Origin: Chlamydiae bacterium RIFCSPHIGHO2_12_FULL_49_11
Lineage (GTDB): Bacteria; Chlamydiota; Chlamydiia; Chlamydiales; 2-12-FULL-49-11
Assembly: GCA_001794905.1 (NCBI GenBank)
Contig: MGLW01000021.1
Coordinates: forward strand, 1 to 28,007
Reading direction: 5' to 3'
Length of the DNA: 28,007 nucleotides
The translations under genes and the position numbers were made by a program. Every line of letters starts with the position of its first letter. The stretch's first letter is position 1. This document shows positions 25,021 through 28,007 of this stretch, one piece after another. Below the pieces are notes generated by a model that saw nothing but the letters and a program-made list of their open reading frames with translations, did not search any database and was not told where the DNA came from.

Positions 25021-26365
25021 ATTCTTTTTTGCGTTGTTGTTTGTTATAGCGGGATGTGCGAGTCAAATCACCCTGTTTCACGTGCACGATGCGAAAAATA
25101 AAGAATGGAAAGAATCGGTCCGATCGGTGCGACGTCAGGTCGGCTTGGATTTTGACTATTACCTCTTTGTCCCTTCCGAACAATATGATGAGTTTGACCG
25201 CTATTTTGCTTCTAAAAAGCGGGGGAAGCCTTTCCTGATTTCCTGTGCTTCGGGGCAGCTCTCGATCACTTTTTTTCAGCTCGTCCGCAGCCTTCCCAAG
25301 AGCAGAACGGGAATGCTCCTTTCTACGCGCCACGTGTTTATCAATACCGAAGCTTTAAAACGGTTTGCAGAAAAGGGAGGGGATGGGAAACTTTTCTTCG
25401 CCAATTTTCTGAGCCATGCGAGCTACGAACGAACGGTTCCCCTGCACGATTTTTATTTTGCCTATAAATACAATAGTGCTTTTCCCTGTTTCACTTTCAC
25501 CCTTTCCGACCTCGATGCCCTGACCTGGAAAGATGTATTCCGGTCCTCCATCCTTTCCGAAACGAGCAATTTACCGCTGCTCGACTTTTTGTTTCATCTG
25601 AAAAAACCGATTCTATGCGATCACAGCGTACTCTATTACGATAAGGGAGCGTCCTCTTGGCATTTTCCTGTTTTTAGTACGTTTAGTGTGAAAGATTCCG
25701 CAATATTGCCCGAGCCTGTCGATATTGTGATCATGACAAAAGAGGGCCCCATGGCAGCGGACTATCAGATCAGGGCGCTTCTTGAGAAGGTAAGCTGTAT
25801 CGGAAAAATTTACGTGCTCTATGAGATGCGGGGTCCATTCGAGGCGAAAGGCTATGAAAAGCTCTCCGGGAGATTTCCTCACATTACCCCTTTTACCCCC
25901 GAAAATGTTCTTCTTTTGGATGCGATGCTTTCTGATACCGTGCTTCTCTTGCGGGGCGGAGAGATTCCTAGCGAAAAAATGGACCTGGCAGCGATATTCC
26001 TTTCCTTCGTCGATAGTGGCATGAAGGCCGGCTATATTGTACCGCAAGGAGTTGTAAAGCCTGCCTTTCAATGGGATCAAGGGTTTTTCACCTTTGACAC
26101 GAGCTTTGTTCCTACTGGACAAATACTCAAGAAAGAAGGAAAATGGGGTGCAAAATTGCAAGCCCGGCGGCCGGACGGTGAGGGTTTTTGTTTTATTCTC
26201 GACCGGTTTTCATGGCGAGAGATAACTTTCCCCTGCGATCTTGAAGGCAGGCCCCTATATTCCGCTGAGGAGCTTGCTTCCTTATATAGCGAAGGGTGGA
26301 CGCTTCAAGTAAGCGATACCGATCAGATGCAGCCGGCTGCATATCCAAAATATGACGGAAGTTGA
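25013..26365 (+). CDS. Degenerate paralogue of the two-domain glycosyltransferase; predicted lipoprotein
   Basis: Lipobox VIAGC. DIVIMTKEGPM...IYVLYE...KGYEKLSGRFP and LYSAEELASLYSEGWTLQV align with DIIAFSFNRPM...TTVIYR...QGYREVKKRFP and MYSETELLEKFEEGYKIDV of 23314-25020. The Asp motifs are absent. Confidence 0.7.
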   Translation: MGKFFFALLFVIAGCASQITLFHVHDAKNKEWKESVRSVRRQVGLDFDYYLFVPSEQYDEFDRYFASKKRGKPFLISCASGQLSITFFQLVRSLPKSRTGMLLSTRHVFINTEALKRFAEKGGDGKLFFANFLSHASYERTVPLHDFYFAYKYNSAFPCFTFTLSDLDALTWKDVFRSSILSETSNLPLLDFLFHLKKPILCDHSVLYYDKGASSWHFPVFSTFSVKDSAILPEPVDIVIMTKEGPMAADYQIRALLEKVSCIGKIYVLYEMRGPFEAKGYEKLSGRFPHITPFTPENVLLLDAMLSDTVLLLRGGEIPSEKMDLAAIFLSFVDSGMKAGYIVPQGVVKPAFQWDQGFFTFDTSFVPTGQILKKEGKWGAKLQARRPDGEGFCFILDRFSWREITFPCDLEGRPLYSAEELASLYSEGWTLQVSDTDQMQPAAYPKYDGS

Positions 26366-27116
26366 ATTTTTAGCTGTATGTCTCGAAGAGGGATGGTTTG
26401 CCGGTCCCGATGAGGATTTTGCAGCCTTCGAAAAGCGTGTTAGAGCAATGAAAGAGTGGCTTGCCGATCCGAGACCCCTTGAAAAGCTCCTGAAACACCC
26501 GATTGGTGTGGAGAAACATCATAGCCGCCTCTTTTTGTGCCGTACGGGAGGTCGAAAAAAATCTTGGTGGCACGGGGCTCTCACGTGGCTCCATCCCATT
26601 TCCCCCCATCTTATTGTTCCGGTACTGGAACTTCCGGCGAAGTTCCGATGGGTTGGCCGCGAAGAACTCTTGGCACATGAGGGAGTTCACGTGAGCCGTT
26701 CGATGTTCAAAGAACCGGTATTTGAAGAAATCATTGCTTTTCGCACTTCGGAGAAGAGGTGGAGGCGGCTTTTAGGGCCTCTCTTGTCCGGGGATATGGA
26801 AGCCGGCGCCTTGTTTATTGCGGCAGCCTTTCCTCCGTTTGCCGTTCTTATCGGAGCACCGTTCTGGATTTCCCACCTTCCGTGGATTGGACTTCTATTC
26901 GGTTGGGGAGTCCGGTTATTCAAGCGTCAAAGTTTATTTCATCGTGCTTTCAAACGGATGGAGCTCTTTTCAAGCAGGCCTGAAACAGCGATTGCGCTGC
27001 TCACCGATCGCGAGATTATCGGGCTTGCCGGCGGGATACTTCCCGAGCTCGGCACTCTTCCTCGCCAGCGGCAACTCCGGTTAATGCTTGACAAATGCAG
27101 AGAAAAAAGCGGATAG
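26352..27116 (+). CDS. Membrane-anchored putative zinc metallopeptidase (HEXXH)
   Basis: ELLAHEGVH followed by PVFEEIIAF (gluzincin-like third ligand), and two C-terminal hydrophobic segments. Confidence 0.65.
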   Translation: MTEVEFLAVCLEEGWFAGPDEDFAAFEKRVRAMKEWLADPRPLEKLLKHPIGVEKHHSRLFLCRTGGRKKSWWHGALTWLHPISPHLIVPVLELPAKFRWVGREELLAHEGVHVSRSMFKEPVFEEIIAFRTSEKRWRRLLGPLLSGDMEAGALFIAAAFPPFAVLIGAPFWISHLPWIGLLFGWGVRLFKRQSLFHRAFKRMELFSSRPETAIALLTDREIIGLAGGILPELGTLPRQRQLRLMLDKCREKSG

Positions 27117-27123
27117 AAAAAGT

Positions 27124-27921
27124 ATGAAATTTTCCCGTTTCGGCTTTGCCGTTTTTTGTACCTTGTCGGTTTTTATTGCCTTTGGAATTTATATTTCGGC
27201 GCGGTACGTAGGTCGGCAAAATGCACTAGCCGAACTGGAAGAGCCTTCTTTTCTGGAAGTTGTGACACTGGATAAACCAAAAGAATTTGCCTTTATTATT
27301 CCCGTGACGGCCAATCCGAGAGAAAACACCAAATTGGTGGAAACCATTTTTGATCAAGAGTACGACATGTACAAGATCATTTTCCTCTACACCCGGAAAG
27401 AAGAGAAAGCGGCTCAGGATTTAAAGCATTACATCGTCAAAGAAAATAAGGGGGGCCGTGTCACATGGGTCGAATCGAAGGGAGAAACGATCACCCTTCT
27501 TGATTATTGCCACGCCGTTTTTTCCTGCCAGAATGAAGAAATCATTTTTTCGATCGATCCCGCGAGCTGGCTTGCACATAAACAAGTGCTCAAAAAACTT
27601 TCCGACATTTATTCGATTTCGCAAGAGGTATGGGTGACCTACAGTGATTTCCTCATTTTCCCATCGCTTGAGAAAATCGACATTGCCAAGTTGCAAAAAA
27701 TGATTTCTCCCGACCGTAAAGATTTTCTCTGGACCTCGTCCCATGTGAAAACTTTTTACGCGGGTCTCCTTAAGGAGTCGCTTTCCGATGTGAAGCTCAA
27801 CCTGGACCGGCCCCTCACCGACACTTCAATCCGCGAGCTCCTCATGGTCACGAAGGATCGGGCAAAGCGCCACATCCGGTATATCAACGAAGTATTCTAC
27901 CTCTATTCCGCCCAGTCCTAA
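27124..27921 (+). CDS. N-anchored degenerate GT2-like protein (ATG 27124 preferred over TTG 27088)
   Basis: N-terminal TM. FDQEYDMYKII, EIIFSIDPASWL, VWVTYS, SHVKTFYAGL and YINEVFYLY are colinear with domain 1 of 23314-25020, but DDAS and DGDD are replaced. Confidence 0.78.
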   Translation: MKFSRFGFAVFCTLSVFIAFGIYISARYVGRQNALAELEEPSFLEVVTLDKPKEFAFIIPVTANPRENTKLVETIFDQEYDMYKIIFLYTRKEEKAAQDLKHYIVKENKGGRVTWVESKGETITLLDYCHAVFSCQNEEIIFSIDPASWLAHKQVLKKLSDIYSISQEVWVTYSDFLIFPSLEKIDIAKLQKMISPDRKDFLWTSSHVKTFYAGLLKESLSDVKLNLDRPLTDTSIRELLMVTKDRAKRHIRYINEVFYLYSAQS

Positions 27922-27933
27922 AAAGAAACGCTC

Positions 27934-27949
27934 TAGATAGTGTAGTCAT
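27934..27949 (+). repeat. Intergenic 16-bp motif, copy 3 (TAGATAGTGTAGTCAT)
   Basis: Lies 12 nt after the stop of the last GT-like gene; matches copies 1 and 2. Confidence 0.6.
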
Positions 27950-28007
27950 GAGACAAAAAATAAGTTGAGATGCTACCATCTTCCTGAAAAAACAAGGAAG
28001 GTTGATC

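Noticed and set aside
24223-26161. Minus-strand ORFs 24223-24966 and 25613-26161
   Set aside because: Antisense to the GT genes, with no start signals or motifs.
27980-28000. Hairpin CTTCCT...AGGAAG near the window end
   Set aside because: Short stem with no clear U-tract on the plus strand; it may just be the RBS of the next gene, and the context is cut off.
1-28007. rRNA, tRNA, CRISPR array, riboswitch or defence system
   Set aside because: All intergenic gaps are about 130 bp or shorter, with no cloverleaf or regularly spaced repeats. The NYN nuclease is of the housekeeping YacP type.

Overview
This is a gene-dense bacterial chromosome segment from an environmental member of the Chlamydiae (Chlamydiota). 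The hallmarks are a TopA-SWIB fusion, a 720-aa N-terminally extended GreA, a tandem-domain ThyX, tandem tyrP genes and a MOMP/Lpg1974-type porin. The backbone runs: glk (3' end), porin, a GspL/PilM-like + GspM/PilO-like + MORN-lipoprotein trio, a PagL-like barrel, oppA divergent from an NlpC/P60 peptidase, greA-rdgB-NYN, thyX-tyrP-tyrP-uvrB, and topA. Three things stand out. (1) A three-gene islet between uvrB and topA includes a phage tail-spike-like beta-helix protein carrying a signal peptide, and is driven by a symmetric bidirectional promoter with a shared palindromic -35 and apparently leaderless starts. (2) A five-gene operon encodes exported or membrane-anchored glycosyltransferases (GT32 and a GT2 two-domain enzyme), two paralogues that have lost the catalytic Asp motifs, and an HEXXH membrane metallopeptidase. 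(3) A 16-bp motif (TAGRYAGTGTAGYCAT) recurs in three separate intergenic regions. I saw no rRNA, tRNA, CRISPR array or transposase. All family calls come from reading motifs by eye, not from database searches.
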